Notes: generated by a model from the sequence alone, not told the origin. A stretch of DNA of 64,000 nt from Candidatus Bathyarchaeia archaeon (GCA_037481775.1 JBBFKZ010000001.1:128001-192000); one strand, 5' to 3'; shown: positions 28,386 to 38,904, counted from the first letter of the stretch. A program made the numbers and translations.

Positions 28386-29798
28386 ATGGAAAAACTAAAA
28401 ATTAAGAAATCATGGATGCTTACCTGCGCACTGCTCTTACTGCAATTAACAACTTTTGCTTCTGTCAGTCAGGCTTACGCCGTGATTCCCACAGGACCGC
28501 TTGATGTTGAAGTAGATGTAGGCGCAATACATTTCCGAGGAGAAATCGCTGACTTCTACATCCTGGTTTCTTTATCAGGTACGCCCATAGACGCAACGTT
28601 AACCGCTGATCTATATTATGAAGGAATGCTGGACTCTAATCTAACAGGTTTAATTCAGCCGGTTACTACAGGACTTTACAGAATAACCTACGCCATTCCG
28701 AATGATGCTTCGCCTGGGACATACGCTTTAGTTGTAAACGCTTGCCACAATTGTGCCAAAGGCACTGCATTGAAAACTTTCTTGATAAGTCAGACGCTAA
28801 CAGGCTGGGACGCATGGCTAATCGATATACAGAACAACATAGCAACTATAAAAACTGAAGTCAGCACGATTAAAGTATCTTTGACCAATATAGACGCGAG
28901 GATAACCAGCATAGAAGGCAACATCATTACAATTCAGACAGACATAGGCAGCATCAAGACTGACATAACCACGATAGGGATAACACTGACCAGTATCGCG
29001 GGAGACATGGCAACCATAAACACTGCCATAGGCAGCATCCAAGGTAACATAACGTCAATTCAAGGAGACATACTAGCAATCAGCACCCACGTAGGCTCAA
29101 TCAAAGTGGACATAAGCAGCCTAAACGCAACTTTAACAAGCATCCAAGATTCACTCGCGATAATCAGCACCACCGTCGGCACTATGGAAACAACCTTGAA
29201 CAATATTGAACTCGGCATAACGCAGGTGTCTGGAAGCACAGTGTACATAAGCACTGTCTTCGGCGATCTGCAGGGCACTTTAAGCACAATCCAAGGCGAC
29301 ATAGCCACCATAAACACCAACATAGGCATGCTGCAAACAGACATAAGTTCATTAAACGCCACTTTAAAGGAAATTAAAGAGTCAATCGCCACAATCGAAA
29401 CCAACGTGGGCCAGATGCGGGTTAGCTTGGACCAGATAAACGCGAAGCTTGTTGCGTTAGACGGTGATGTGGCAACGGTAAGAACAGACTTGGGCACAAT
29501 TAAAACAACCATAGAAGACATCCAACTGAAAGTAATAAGCATTCAAGGCGATGTGGCAACCATAAGCACTGCGCTGGGCGATTTAACGGGCAAAATAACC
29601 GATATCCAAGGGGACATAGTCACGATAAAAACAGACATCGGTGAAATCAAAGCCACACTACGCGACATGCAAAACCGTGGAGGAGAAAACGCTGGTGCCA
29701 CCTCGCTCTGGCTGGTACTCGCTGTGATCGCTGCCATCGTAGCGGTTACTGCGATAATGCTGTTTCTGAAGAAGCATGGAAAAAGCAAAGTTGCTTAA
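28386..29798 (+). CDS. Membrane-anchored surface protein with a long repetitive Ile/Thr-rich stalk
   Basis: Signal peptide, Ig-like domain, many IQGDIATI-type repeats, C-terminal TM. Confidence 0.75.
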   Translation: MEKLKIKKSWMLTCALLLLQLTTFASVSQAYAVIPTGPLDVEVDVGAIHFRGEIADFYILVSLSGTPIDATLTADLYYEGMLDSNLTGLIQPVTTGLYRITYAIPNDASPGTYALVVNACHNCAKGTALKTFLISQTLTGWDAWLIDIQNNIATIKTEVSTIKVSLTNIDARITSIEGNIITIQTDIGSIKTDITTIGITLTSIAGDMATINTAIGSIQGNITSIQGDILAISTHVGSIKVDISSLNATLTSIQDSLAIISTTVGTMETTLNNIELGITQVSGSTVYISTVFGDLQGTLSTIQGDIATINTNIGMLQTDISSLNATLKEIKESIATIETNVGQMRVSLDQINAKLVALDGDVATVRTDLGTIKTTIEDIQLKVISIQGDVATISTALGDLTGKITDIQGDIVTIKTDIGEIKATLRDMQNRGGENAGATSLWLVLAVIAAIVAVTAIMLFLKKHGKSKVA

Positions 29799-30475
29799 GC
29801 ACTTGTAGACTTAGGGAGCAGATCGCAATAGTAAAAGCGGTTATCCCTCAGCACTATCTCCCCCTTCTTGAAAGCTATCTTCTCATTAAATATGGGTCCA
29901 TCATAGACGAATGAGTGGAATTCGCCGTTTTCGCCGCATGGATCTACATTGGCTGGAAGCCTTGACAAAAACTCTTCATCGAACTCCCTGCCGACGAAAT
30001 CCTTGGCTAGAAGAGTTGAGTCAACAGATGTGACGACTGCTTTGAAGCCGAGTTCGATGAACCGCGAGGCAAGTAGCCGAGTATTCTTGCCCCATAAAGG
30101 AAACAGCCCTCTCATGCCAATTTCAGCTAAGAGGCGCTCGCGGTATTTGCGCACATCAGCTAGAAAAATGTCGCCGAACACAACCGAGCAGACGCTGTTG
30201 TCGCGGTACCGCCTCAGCACTTTCAGTAGTTCGCTTTCGTATTCAGCGTTAGAAGCCCCTTTACGGATGAACATTTCCTCGAGCGGGAAATGCAGCGTGG
30301 TTGCCTGTTGCTCCAGCAGAACGCGGCGCACGCCGTGAATGCTGATTCTGTCATAATCCCGTGTAACTGTTGTTAATAGCGCAATCACCTCGTAGTCGCC
30401 AGTATTTAGAACTTCGTAAAGCGCAAGAGCGCTGTCCTTGCCGCTGCTCCACGCCATGATGACTTTTTCCCGCAT
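29795..30475 (-). CDS. PP-loop ATPase (diphthine-ammonia ligase/MJ0570-like family)
   Basis: WSSGKDS, VFGDIFL, VDPCGENGEFHSFVYDGP. Confidence 0.85.
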   Translation of the reverse strand: MREKVIMAWSSGKDSALALYEVLNTGDYEVIALLTTVTRDYDRISIHGVRRVLLEQQATTLHFPLEEMFIRKGASNAEYESELLKVLRRYRDNSVCSVVFGDIFLADVRKYRERLLAEIGMRGLFPLWGKNTRLLASRFIELGFKAVVTSVDSTLLAKDFVGREFDEEFLSRLPANVDPCGENGEFHSFVYDGPIFNEKIAFKKGEIVLRDNRFYYCDLLPKSTSA

Positions 30476-30560
30476 TCAGATAACCGTGCCTTTTCTGCTT
30501 ACCTAATGTATGGGCTAGTTTAAATATTTCAGAGCCGCCATCTAATACCACTGGTTAAAC

Positions 30561-32042
30561 ATGAAAGTGCTCCTCATTAATCCGCCGCAGACATTTTATC
30601 CCGGCTCGGATCCGCCTGCAGGCAACCTCCCTTTGGGTCTAATGTATATAGCAGCTGTTCTTGACGGCGCCGGCTATAAGGTTGAGATTCTAGACGCTTT
30701 CATGACTAGTGCTGTGTTCAAAAAAATCGGTGATGCCACCATAGTGGGCATGCCTTACGAATCGATAAAGGAAGAGATTCACAGAAGGAAGCCCGACATT
30801 GTTGGCATAGCAAACCCGTTTACATCTCAAGTTGAGCATGCCATCAGAGTGGCTGACATCGCAAAGGAAGTAGATCCAGACATTTTAACGGTTGCTGGTG
30901 GCCCGCATGTCTCAGCTGCACCCGTTGAGTTCATGAAAGAGGCGCAGAACGTGGACATCGCGGTAACCGGTGAAGGCGAGTACACCATGCTCGAGATTGC
31001 CCCTGTCTATGCGGGAACCAGAAAAATGAGCGATGTGAAGGGCATAGTTTACCGAGAGAACGGTGTGGTGAAGCAGACACCCCCGAGACCGTTCATTAAG
31101 AACTTAGATGAGCTACCCTATCCTGCGTATCATCTGGTGAACATGGAGCAGTATCTTAGCCCCAGCAAGATAGAGTACCGCAGTTTCAAGGATAGAGCAA
31201 TATCCATGATAACCAGCAGAGGCTGCCCATTTAACTGCAACTTCTGTTCGGTTCACCTGCACATGGGCCGCACGTTCAGGGTCCATTCAGCAGACTACGT
31301 TGTGGATCACATAGAGTACGTGGTGGACAAGTACAGAGTTAAAACCATCTTTTTTGAGGATGACAATTTAACGTTTGACCTGAAAAGGTTTGAGGCCATC
31401 TGCGATAAAATAATCACGCGGGGCATCAGGTTCAAGTGGGAAACGCCTAATGGCATAAGAGCCGATTATTTGACGCTTGAGCTTTTAAAGAAAATGAAGA
31501 AGTCCGGCTGCCAAAGCGTCTTCTTCGGCATCGAGTCAGGTGACCAGTACATTCTGGATAACGTTATCGATAAGCGCCTTGACTTGAAGAAAGTGGTTGA
31601 AGTTGCCAAGATGTGCAAGTCCGTGGGGATAAGCACTGCCGCATTCTACATTATCGGTTTCCCCGGAGAGAAAAAGGAGCACATGCTTAGGACAGTGGAG
31701 CTTGCGCTTCGGCTTAAGCGCGAATATGATGTGGGCATGCTGCTTCATGTGGCGACGCCCTCGCTGGGAACACGTCTATACCGAGAATGCGTTGAGAAGG
31801 GCTACATTCAAGGGGAGCTGTCGCCGCGTGCCTTCGCCGAGGTAAGGCAGACATGGGGTATGCCGCTGATAAGGACAGAAGATTTCACGCCTGCAGAGGT
31901 GAAGGAAATAGCAGCCATGGCTGTTAAGCAGTACAAGCGACTGTTGCTGATTAACTACTTCAAATATCCGGGAAAAACGCTTAGGACCGCGCTGGATCAG
32001 CCAAAGCTCATCTGGAAATTCATCCAGAACCTGAAAACGTGA
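30561..32042 (+). CDS. B12-binding radical SAM protein
   Basis: PLGLMYIAA, GGPH, TSRGCPFNCNFC, GIESG. Confidence 0.92.
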   Translation: MKVLLINPPQTFYPGSDPPAGNLPLGLMYIAAVLDGAGYKVEILDAFMTSAVFKKIGDATIVGMPYESIKEEIHRRKPDIVGIANPFTSQVEHAIRVADIAKEVDPDILTVAGGPHVSAAPVEFMKEAQNVDIAVTGEGEYTMLEIAPVYAGTRKMSDVKGIVYRENGVVKQTPPRPFIKNLDELPYPAYHLVNMEQYLSPSKIEYRSFKDRAISMITSRGCPFNCNFCSVHLHMGRTFRVHSADYVVDHIEYVVDKYRVKTIFFEDDNLTFDLKRFEAICDKIITRGIRFKWETPNGIRADYLTLELLKKMKKSGCQSVFFGIESGDQYILDNVIDKRLDLKKVVEVAKMCKSVGISTAAFYIIGFPGEKKEHMLRTVELALRLKREYDVGMLLHVATPSLGTRLYRECVEKGYIQGELSPRAFAEVRQTWGMPLIRTEDFTPAEVKEIAAMAVKQYKRLLLINYFKYPGKTLRTALDQPKLIWKFIQNLKT

Positions 32043-32199
32043 TGTCAGATTGTTTAGGCTGAGGGCGTCTGCGTTTGCAACGCTTGATTACCGCTACAGC
32101 AACAATCACCACTGCAGCAAGATTATGACGCTTTTGGCGGAATCATAGGAACATGTATTAGGCACGGTGACTGAATAATGCTTAGAGATGCTTTGATTT

Positions 32200-32793
32200 A
32201 TGGCTAAGACATTAATTGTTTATGGCACTCGCTATGGGGCAACAGCCCGAACAGCAGAAGATGTTGCGGCAACTCTTCGTAGTGAAGGCTTAAGCGTTGA
32301 AGTGGTTGACTTGAAAAAGGGCAAAGTAGCGGACATAGCCGAGTACAACCTCATCATTGTCGGTAGCGGGATCCAAATAAACAAGTGGACTGGCGAAGCG
32401 CAGAAGTTCCTGAAAAAGTTTCAGAAAGAACTAAAGAACAAGAAGGTCGCGTTATTCGTTTGCTGCGGCAGCGCAGAGCCAATAGATGACAAAGCGGACA
32501 AAGCCCAGTCGATAGCGGATGCCAGACGAAAATATCTGGAGAAGAAAGCCGCTGAATACCATCTTCAACCCGTCGCTTTAGGCTTGTTCGGCGGAGTCTA
32601 CAACTTCAACAAGGTGTCCTGGCTGTTTGGCAGATTCATGCAGGCGGTGAAGCCGCAGCTAGAAAAAGCTAGTGTGCCCCAAACGGAACCCGGCCTCTAC
32701 GACACAAGAGACTTAAGCGCCATACGCAGCTGGGCAAAAGAACTCGCCCAAAGAAGCAATTATCAGCGTAGTGGCGGGCCCGCTGGGATTTGA
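32200..32793 (+). CDS. Flavodoxin-domain protein (HemG-like)
   Basis: IVYGTRYGAT, IIVGSGI, LFGG, DTRD..AIRSWA; 3' end runs into the tRNA. Confidence 0.82.
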   Translation: MAKTLIVYGTRYGATARTAEDVAATLRSEGLSVEVVDLKKGKVADIAEYNLIIVGSGIQINKWTGEAQKFLKKFQKELKNKKVALFVCCGSAEPIDDKADKAQSIADARRKYLEKKAAEYHLQPVALGLFGGVYNFNKVSWLFGRFMQAVKPQLEKASVPQTEPGLYDTRDLSAIRSWAKELAQRSNYQRSGGPAGI

Positions 32794-32869
32794 ACCCAGG
32801 TTCTTCGGCTTTCCCCCGCACAAGAGCGCCCGGAGGCCGACGCCTTAATCCGTGCTGGGCTACGGGCCC
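32772..32869 (-). tRNA. tRNA-Arg(CCG) with a 19-nt intron at 37/38 (32811-32829)
   Basis: Acceptor GGGCCCG/CGGGCCC-GCCA, anticodon arm TCGGC-CTCCGG^A-GCCGA, T arm CTGGG-TTCAAAT-CCCAG; canonical bulge-helix-bulge. Confidence 0.95.
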
Positions 32870-32926
32870 ACCCTTTCAAGGCAAAATGCGCTGCAGGAGA
32901 TTTAAACTTGACCGCGCCGGAAAGGG

Positions 32927-33442
32927 CTATTCTTGCGTTAACTCTTCGTTTATCCACCAAGCTTTTTTCTTTCCAGACTTTTCTCCCGCGTAATATTCGA
33001 TTACCGCTTTGCCCAGCTGCCTCTTAGAGTTTCTCTGCATCTTCCGCAGCCTGTTCAGCACAAGCCACCTGTTAGTCTTCAGATACTCCGCAAGCTCCGG
33101 CGTGGTTGCGCCCTTATAATGCAAAAGGTAATCCACTATTTTATGGTCTATTTCGTCAAGACAGAAGGCATGCGGATTAACCCGTCCATGCTCGTATGTG
33201 AGAAGCTCCAAGTCTGCAAGATACTTCTTGATTTCGGATAACTGCTGCTCGATTGCATCCATGCGCTTCTCTAACGCGAGAAGCTTATCAGGTCTAGGCG
33301 TTTTCTGCAGCTTTTCCATTATGGCTTCTCTGATAAAGTCGCTTCGATCACCTTCAGGAACGCGCAGGATTAGCTCTTGATAAACTTCTTCAGGGATCTT
33401 CGCCGAAATCACCCTAAGTTCGCTCACCGCAATCACACTCAA
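32927..33442 (-). CDS. RHH + coiled coil + wHTH DNA-binding protein
   Basis: VISAKIPEEVY...RSDFIREAI; ATTPELAEYL. Confidence 0.72.
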   Translation of the reverse strand: MSVIAVSELRVISAKIPEEVYQELILRVPEGDRSDFIREAIMEKLQKTPRPDKLLALEKRMDAIEQQLSEIKKYLADLELLTYEHGRVNPHAFCLDEIDHKIVDYLLHYKGATTPELAEYLKTNRWLVLNRLRKMQRNSKRQLGKAVIEYYAGEKSGKKKAWWINEELTQE

Positions 33443-33551
33443 ACAAATGAGTATGCCCGTCTTATTATTTCATGGTTTCTACAATCGTTTTTCTCTAAAC
33501 ATCTGAAAAGCTTAAATGTATTGGATCGGCGCTTTAAATCAGGGTTGGGTA

Positions 33552-34670
33552 TTGCCAAAAGTTACCATATCCCTAATCAAGTGTGATATCGGCTCGTTGG
33601 CTGGACACCATATTGTTCCCAAACCCATATTTGACATCGCGGAGAAAAGCCTCAAAAAAGCAACAGAAAACCGCATCATAAACAGTTTTTACGTTTTCAA
33701 CGCAGGCGACGATCTCGAACTGCTCATGGTGCATGAAAAAGGCGAACAAAACGCGGAAATTCACGGGCTCGCTTGGGAAACATTTAAGGAGTGCGCCAAC
33801 AAAGCTGCACAGTTAAAGCTCTACGCTGCAGGCCAAGATCTTTTGAAAAACGCTTTCAGCGGGAACATTCGAGGGATGGGCCCGGGCGTTGCAGAAATGG
33901 AGATAGAAGAACGAACTTCTGATCCAATCGTGGTTTTCGCAGCTGACAAAACATCTGCTGGCTCATTTAACTATCCTCTCTTTCGTATATTCGCCGATCC
34001 AATGAACACTGCTGGCCTCGTTATTGATCCAAACATGATTTGTGGCTTCAAATTCGAAGTTATAGACACGTTGGAAAACAAATCTATAATCCTTAAATGC
34101 CCCGAAGAAATTTATGATTTGCTGGCTCTAATTGGCACAGTAGGACGTTATGTAATCTCTCGCGTCTGGAGAGCAAGTGACAACTTGATCTGCGCTGCAA
34201 GCAGCGTAAGTAAGCTTTCATTAATAGCTGGAAAATACGTGGGCAAAGATGATCCAGTAATGATTACTCGGGCGCAGCATGGCCTTCCTGCTGTCGGCGA
34301 AATCTTGGCGCCTTTTATGCATAGCTACTTTGTGCAAGGTTGGATGCGAGGTAGCCACTGGGGGCCAATAATGCCCGTAGGAATGAAATCATCAAAATGT
34401 ACTGCTTTTGATGGTCCACCAAGAATAGTTGCCTTAGGCTTTCAAGTGGCGAATGGTCGAATTTCATGCGATGATGAAGGGAACCCGCTTATCGCGGACT
34501 TGTTCGATGATCCAGCGTTTTCATTGGCAAGGCGTGAGGCTATGCGTAACGCTTGTATGTTACGGAATATGGGTGAATTTGAGCCTGCACGTTTAAGTGC
34601 TGAAGACATGGAGTACACGACAATACAGCAAGTTCTGGAAAAACTCGGGAAGCGCTTCAAACCTCTTTGA
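33552..34670 (+). CDS. fbp: Fructose-1,6-bisphosphate aldolase/phosphatase (class V FBPase)
   Basis: IKCDIGS..GH, GDDLEL, GNIRGMGPGVAEM, YVGKDDP, GWMRGSH, MEYTT. Confidence 0.94.
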   Translation: MPKVTISLIKCDIGSLAGHHIVPKPIFDIAEKSLKKATENRIINSFYVFNAGDDLELLMVHEKGEQNAEIHGLAWETFKECANKAAQLKLYAAGQDLLKNAFSGNIRGMGPGVAEMEIEERTSDPIVVFAADKTSAGSFNYPLFRIFADPMNTAGLVIDPNMICGFKFEVIDTLENKSIILKCPEEIYDLLALIGTVGRYVISRVWRASDNLICAASSVSKLSLIAGKYVGKDDPVMITRAQHGLPAVGEILAPFMHSYFVQGWMRGSHWGPIMPVGMKSSKCTAFDGPPRIVALGFQVANGRISCDDEGNPLIADLFDDPAFSLARREAMRNACMLRNMGEFEPARLSAEDMEYTTIQQVLEKLGKRFKPL

Positions 34671-34683
34671 AATTCCTGTGGAA

Positions 34684-35247
34684 TTAAGTCGACGGAACAG
34701 TGTGTTTGGCAAAGTTAGCTAATACTGTGCATCTGTTCTCGACAATCGCGTGGAGCCTTCTGCGCAGTTCTTCCCCAACTTTTTCCTTTGTTTTTAGCAA
34801 AGCTACTTTTTTCGAAAGCTCTACATCGCCTATGCCAGTGAACCAAGCTTCAAAATCTCCACGGCTCAAATGAAAATTTATGGATTCTTCATTAACTTTC
34901 AAAATTTTATCGCAAAAATCTTGAAGGCTGTCCGCAGAGATGTTTAACGGCTTCCCTATACCCGCATAAAAGTGAAATGATTTATCTGGCGGCATCTGCG
35001 ATAATAGTGCTTGCGCCTTCTCTTTGTCAATCTCGGGCACACCAAGTGCTTTTTTGCCTTTTTCCGTTATGACGTATAGCCCTTTTGCAGGTGATGCGAT
35101 GTATCCCATGCGCGTGAGCCATATTATGTGCATCATGACTGACGGAAAATCTTTCCCCAATTCCCTTGCTATGGACGCTGGTTTTTCTGGTTTATCAAGT
35201 AACAGCATAATCTCTAGTATCTCACATCTAACAGGCGACAAGCTCAT
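34684..35247 (-). CDS. wHTH + DUF5752-like protein
   Basis: YVITEKGK wing; FHFY..IG...FHLSRGDFEAWF..IGDVEL. Confidence 0.7.
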   Translation of the reverse strand: MSLSPVRCEILEIMLLLDKPEKPASIARELGKDFPSVMMHIIWLTRMGYIASPAKGLYVITEKGKKALGVPEIDKEKAQALLSQMPPDKSFHFYAGIGKPLNISADSLQDFCDKILKVNEESINFHLSRGDFEAWFTGIGDVELSKKVALLKTKEKVGEELRRRLHAIVENRCTVLANFAKHTVPST

Positions 35248-35380
35248 AACTACAATACACCTTAGAGGTATATGTACATACAAACTAATCAACATTTCTT
35301 AATGTTTGCTGATTGAAGATAAGCAAAAGCTTTAGTATGGTGCTTTATAATGCTACAATGGAAAACGGTGAGCGCAAGGA

Positions 35381-36631
35381 ATGAAGATTGCCGTGCTGGT
35401 TTACGAGTATCCGCCTAAAATTGTTGGTGGATTAGGAACATATGCTGCTGAAATAACACGTAAATTTGTACTAATGGACCATGATGTAACTGTTTTTACG
35501 ATGAATGATGACTCGGGCTCTTTGCCTACACGAGAAATTTGGCGCGGCATAGAAATTCATCGACCGCTACACCTTGATGTTTCTGACTCATTACCCGATG
35601 TAATTGCTGAGGACATTAAAAAATGGGGCAGAGGTTTAACTTTATTCGGCAAGCTTCTTGTTTATAATTATCTAGCAGCGTCCAAGCTTATCAACGAGCT
35701 AATAAAAAAGGAAGGAATGAAGTACGATATCGTTGTGGCTCATGACTGGCTTTCAGTTATGGGCGGCGTCACAGTTAAAAAAGAAAGTGGCATGCCTTTA
35801 GCTTTTCATGTCCACTCAACTGAGAAAGGGCGAACTTTGGGGAATGGCTCAAGTGTGGTAAGTAACATTGAACTGCGAGGCGCTAAGATGGCCAACATGA
35901 TTGTCACAGTGTCTTATGCCATGAAGGATGAGCTAGTACAACTTGGGTTTCCATCAGAAAAAATTCACGTCTGCTATAATGGAGTTGATCCGCAAAAATA
36001 TGATCCTGCAAGCGTACCTGCAGAACAAGTCCGAAAAATCAGGGAACGTTACGGCATTAGAGATGGCGACATAATGATTCTTTTCATAGGAAGGCTTGTA
36101 GGCATAAAGGGTGTTGACAAGTTGATTATGGCTATGCCGCATGTCTTGTCCAAAATCCCCAACTCAAAGCTAGTAATAGTAGGCGTAGGCGACCTGCAAG
36201 AGTATCTGGTGAATTTAACCAGAACCATGCGGCTAGATGAACACGTAAAATTCTGTTTCGACTTCATTACTGAAGAAGAACGTATCGCACATTATGCTGC
36301 TTGCGACGTGGCGGTTTTCCCAAGCCATTATGAGCCTTTCGGCATTGTTGCTCTTGAAGCAATGAGCATGGAGAAACCTGTTGTTGTGGGTGCTGCTGGC
36401 GTCAGTGGAATGCGCGAAATAGTAGTTTGCAGTGGTGAAGAGCAATGCGGATACCATATAAATCCAAATAATCCCAACGACATTGCATGGGGAATAACAA
36501 GCGCTCTGGAAAATGCGGGAAAACGGGAATGGCTTGGAAAGAACGGCAGGAAAAGAGTCTTAAGCGAGTTTACTTGGAATAAAATTGCTGAAAAAACCAT
36601 TGAACTGTACGAGATGGTGCTTAAGCGCTGA
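35381..36631 (+). CDS. GT4 glycosyltransferase (archaeal glycogen synthase-like)
   Basis: EYPPKIVGGLG, AHDW, HSTEKGR, YEPFGIVALEAM. Confidence 0.9.
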   Translation: MKIAVLVYEYPPKIVGGLGTYAAEITRKFVLMDHDVTVFTMNDDSGSLPTREIWRGIEIHRPLHLDVSDSLPDVIAEDIKKWGRGLTLFGKLLVYNYLAASKLINELIKKEGMKYDIVVAHDWLSVMGGVTVKKESGMPLAFHVHSTEKGRTLGNGSSVVSNIELRGAKMANMIVTVSYAMKDELVQLGFPSEKIHVCYNGVDPQKYDPASVPAEQVRKIRERYGIRDGDIMILFIGRLVGIKGVDKLIMAMPHVLSKIPNSKLVIVGVGDLQEYLVNLTRTMRLDEHVKFCFDFITEEERIAHYAACDVAVFPSHYEPFGIVALEAMSMEKPVVVGAAGVSGMREIVVCSGEEQCGYHINPNNPNDIAWGITSALENAGKREWLGKNGRKRVLSEFTWNKIAEKTIELYEMVLKR

Positions 36632-36654
36632 ATGAGCTGGCGTATGGTGAAGCT

Positions 36655-37269
36655 TTGGACGCCAATTCGGACTTAAAGCGGAAGGCTGCTCAAGAAGCAG
36701 CAGCCCTACTATATTTTGGTATTGAAAAAGAGTATAAGCAAGCTAAATTGAAAGCTGCAAAAACTTTAGGCGTCCATTTTCTGCCATCCAACCTTGAAGT
36801 TGCTGTAGCGCTTGACAACATAGCTGAAGCGCTTGAAGGACCTGTTAGAAAAGAGCGGTTAATCCATATGCGCAGTGAAGCCCTAAAAGTAATGGAGGCC
36901 CTCAAGGGCTATCAGCCTCTCTTGATTGGCAGTGTTTGGCGCGGCACTATCCGCAGAGAAAGCGACATCGACATAGCTGTGTACCATGATGCCCCAGATG
37001 AAGTTCTAAGAGTTCTCAAGAGTAATGGCATGAAGATTGTTAAAACTGAACGCGTCACCACAACTAAAAAAGGCAAACCTGAAGAGTCCTTTCACATATA
37101 CGTTGAGACTTCAAGTAAGCAAAGAATTGAACTGGTTGTTAGAAAATCGGAAGAGGTAAACCGCAAAAGAAAATGTGAGATTTTTGGAGATGAACTTAAA
37201 GGCCTTAACATCCAAGAGTTGAAGCGTTTACTCAAAGAAAATCCTGTGGAAAAATTTATCCCGACATGA
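36655..37269 (+). CDS. Pol-beta superfamily nucleotidyltransferase
   Basis: LIGSVWRG...SDIDIAV; N-terminal AAQEAA.L...EKEYKQAK.KAA. Confidence 0.8.
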   Translation: MDANSDLKRKAAQEAAALLYFGIEKEYKQAKLKAAKTLGVHFLPSNLEVAVALDNIAEALEGPVRKERLIHMRSEALKVMEALKGYQPLLIGSVWRGTIRRESDIDIAVYHDAPDEVLRVLKSNGMKIVKTERVTTTKKGKPEESFHIYVETSSKQRIELVVRKSEEVNRKRKCEIFGDELKGLNIQELKRLLKENPVEKFIPT

Positions 37270-37389
37270 CATTGTTGTGTTTCATTTTCTGCTACTTGTG
37301 TTGCTGCTTTAGCGTTTTCCTTGAAAAAGGCACATAAGTGCGTGTTGCTATAGGTATCTGTAGCATTGTTGCTCTTGAGGGTTAAACCT

Positions 37390-37737
37390 GTGGAGATTGA
37401 TAAAAAGTCGTTTAAAAAGATGTTTCCGCATTTGGCAAAAGAACTTGAAGGCGGAGAAAGCAAGATTGCAATAGGCGCTGTAAGAACCGATTCAGATGTC
37501 GCTGAAAAATCGATGGATGACAAGTTTCGCAATTATAACCCTACTGTCATCGACTTTATACGGCGTTGCGATACAGAAGAACAAGCAGAAGCAATAATCG
37601 CGTATTTGGAAAAAAGGGGCGAGTTAACTCCGGAATATGCTGAAAAACTGCGAAAGCAGCTGAAGCAGGAAGGCGTACGAAGCTTCGGTTCCAAAAAGGA
37701 AGAGAATTACTATTTTAAGCAGGGTGGGCTCTGCTAA
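37390..37737 (+). CDS. DUF2095-like conserved archaeal protein
   Basis: FPHLAKEL, YNPTVIDFIRRCDT, GVRSFGSKKE..YY. Confidence 0.75.
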   Translation: MEIDKKSFKKMFPHLAKELEGGESKIAIGAVRTDSDVAEKSMDDKFRNYNPTVIDFIRRCDTEEQAEAIIAYLEKRGELTPEYAEKLRKQLKQEGVRSFGSKKEENYYFKQGGLC

Positions 37738-37851
37738 ACGTACTCATATCATGGGGGAAATCCATTATGACAAAAAAGCGCTTAGAGTTATTGCAAATGA
37801 TTTAATAGTTTTTCTGACGCAGATAGAAAAGGCGGAGGTAAGCAGACACTC

Positions 37852-38904
37852 ATGGGTAAGGTGGATAAAGATGCTTTTGCTTCTGAATTTTACAGTCGAC
37901 AGATAATCCTAAAGGAGTTAGGCTGGATCGGGCAGCGCAAACTTGCTAAGGCAAAAGTCGCCGTTGTAGGCGTAGGCGGTTTAGGCACGGCTTCCTCGCT
38001 TTACTTGGCACTTGCCGGTGTTGGACATCTACGTTTGATAGACCAAGATACTGTGGAAATGCCTAATCTGCACCGTCAGATCTTATACAGTATGGACGAT
38101 CTGCATTACCCTAAGGTGGAAGTGGCTGCTAAACGGTTAATGAAGCTTAACCCGCTCTTGAAGGCAGAGCCAATATCGGAGAATGTGAACCCAAGTAATG
38201 TTGAAAGGCTTTTGTCTGGCGTGGACCTCGTCGTCGACGGCTTGGATAACATGTTTACCCGTTATTTACTCAACCGCGCATGCATCAAACTGGGCATTCC
38301 TTATGTTTTCGGCGCAGCCATAGGCATAGAAGGCAACCTCTCAGTTTTCATGCCTCCCGAAACTGGCTGTTTAGAATGCTTGTTGCCGAGCCTGTCTGAT
38401 GCCGACTTGCTGACGTGTGACACGCGCGGTGTTCTAGGCGCCACCCCTGGAATAATCGGTACCATGCAAGCCATGGAAGCAATAAAAATATTAACGGGCA
38501 TGGGCTCGCCTCTTAAGGGTAAGCTTCTGATTTGCGACTTTAACGATATGTATTTCACCACGGTTGAAACATCAAAAGCTGCTAACTGCCCCGCTTGTCA
38601 AGGCACTTTGGAACAGCTGGCGCAGCATGCAAAGCTGGTTTGGCTTTGCGGTCGGGACACTGTAAATGTTAACCCTGAGAAGCCGTTAAAGCTGAACCTT
38701 AACGAAGTTTACGAGAAAGTGAGGCAAAAATTCAACGTTCGCCTGAAGTCTCATCTCGCCATAATTTTCGATTACGAAAATTTGGAGGTAAGTTTGTTCA
38801 ACGGTGGGCGCATGCTTATAAAAAATGTTAAAGACGAAAAGGCAGCGCTGAAAACGTATCAAAAAATCCTTGAAAAACTGGATATAACCCAATACACGTC
38901 GTAG
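37852..38904 (+). CDS. ThiF/MoeB (E1-like) adenylyltransferase
   Basis: YSRQ, GVGGLG, NLHRQ, DGLDN, CLECL, CPAC. Confidence 0.92.
   Translation: MGKVDKDAFASEFYSRQIILKELGWIGQRKLAKAKVAVVGVGGLGTASSLYLALAGVGHLRLIDQDTVEMPNLHRQILYSMDDLHYPKVEVAAKRLMKLNPLLKAEPISENVNPSNVERLLSGVDLVVDGLDNMFTRYLLNRACIKLGIPYVFGAAIGIEGNLSVFMPPETGCLECLLPSLSDADLLTCDTRGVLGATPGIIGTMQAMEAIKILTGMGSPLKGKLLICDFNDMYFTTVETSKAANCPACQGTLEQLAQHAKLVWLCGRDTVNVNPEKPLKLNLNEVYEKVRQKFNVRLKSHLAIIFDYENLEVSLFNGGRMLIKNVKDEKAALKTYQKILEKLDITQYTS

Noticed and set aside
32811-32829. tRNA intron as a novelty
   Set aside because: A canonical 37/38 intron with a standard bulge-helix-bulge is common in archaea.
32763-32993. Short ORFs over the tRNA
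   Set aside because: Explained by tRNA-Arg and the neighbouring gene end.
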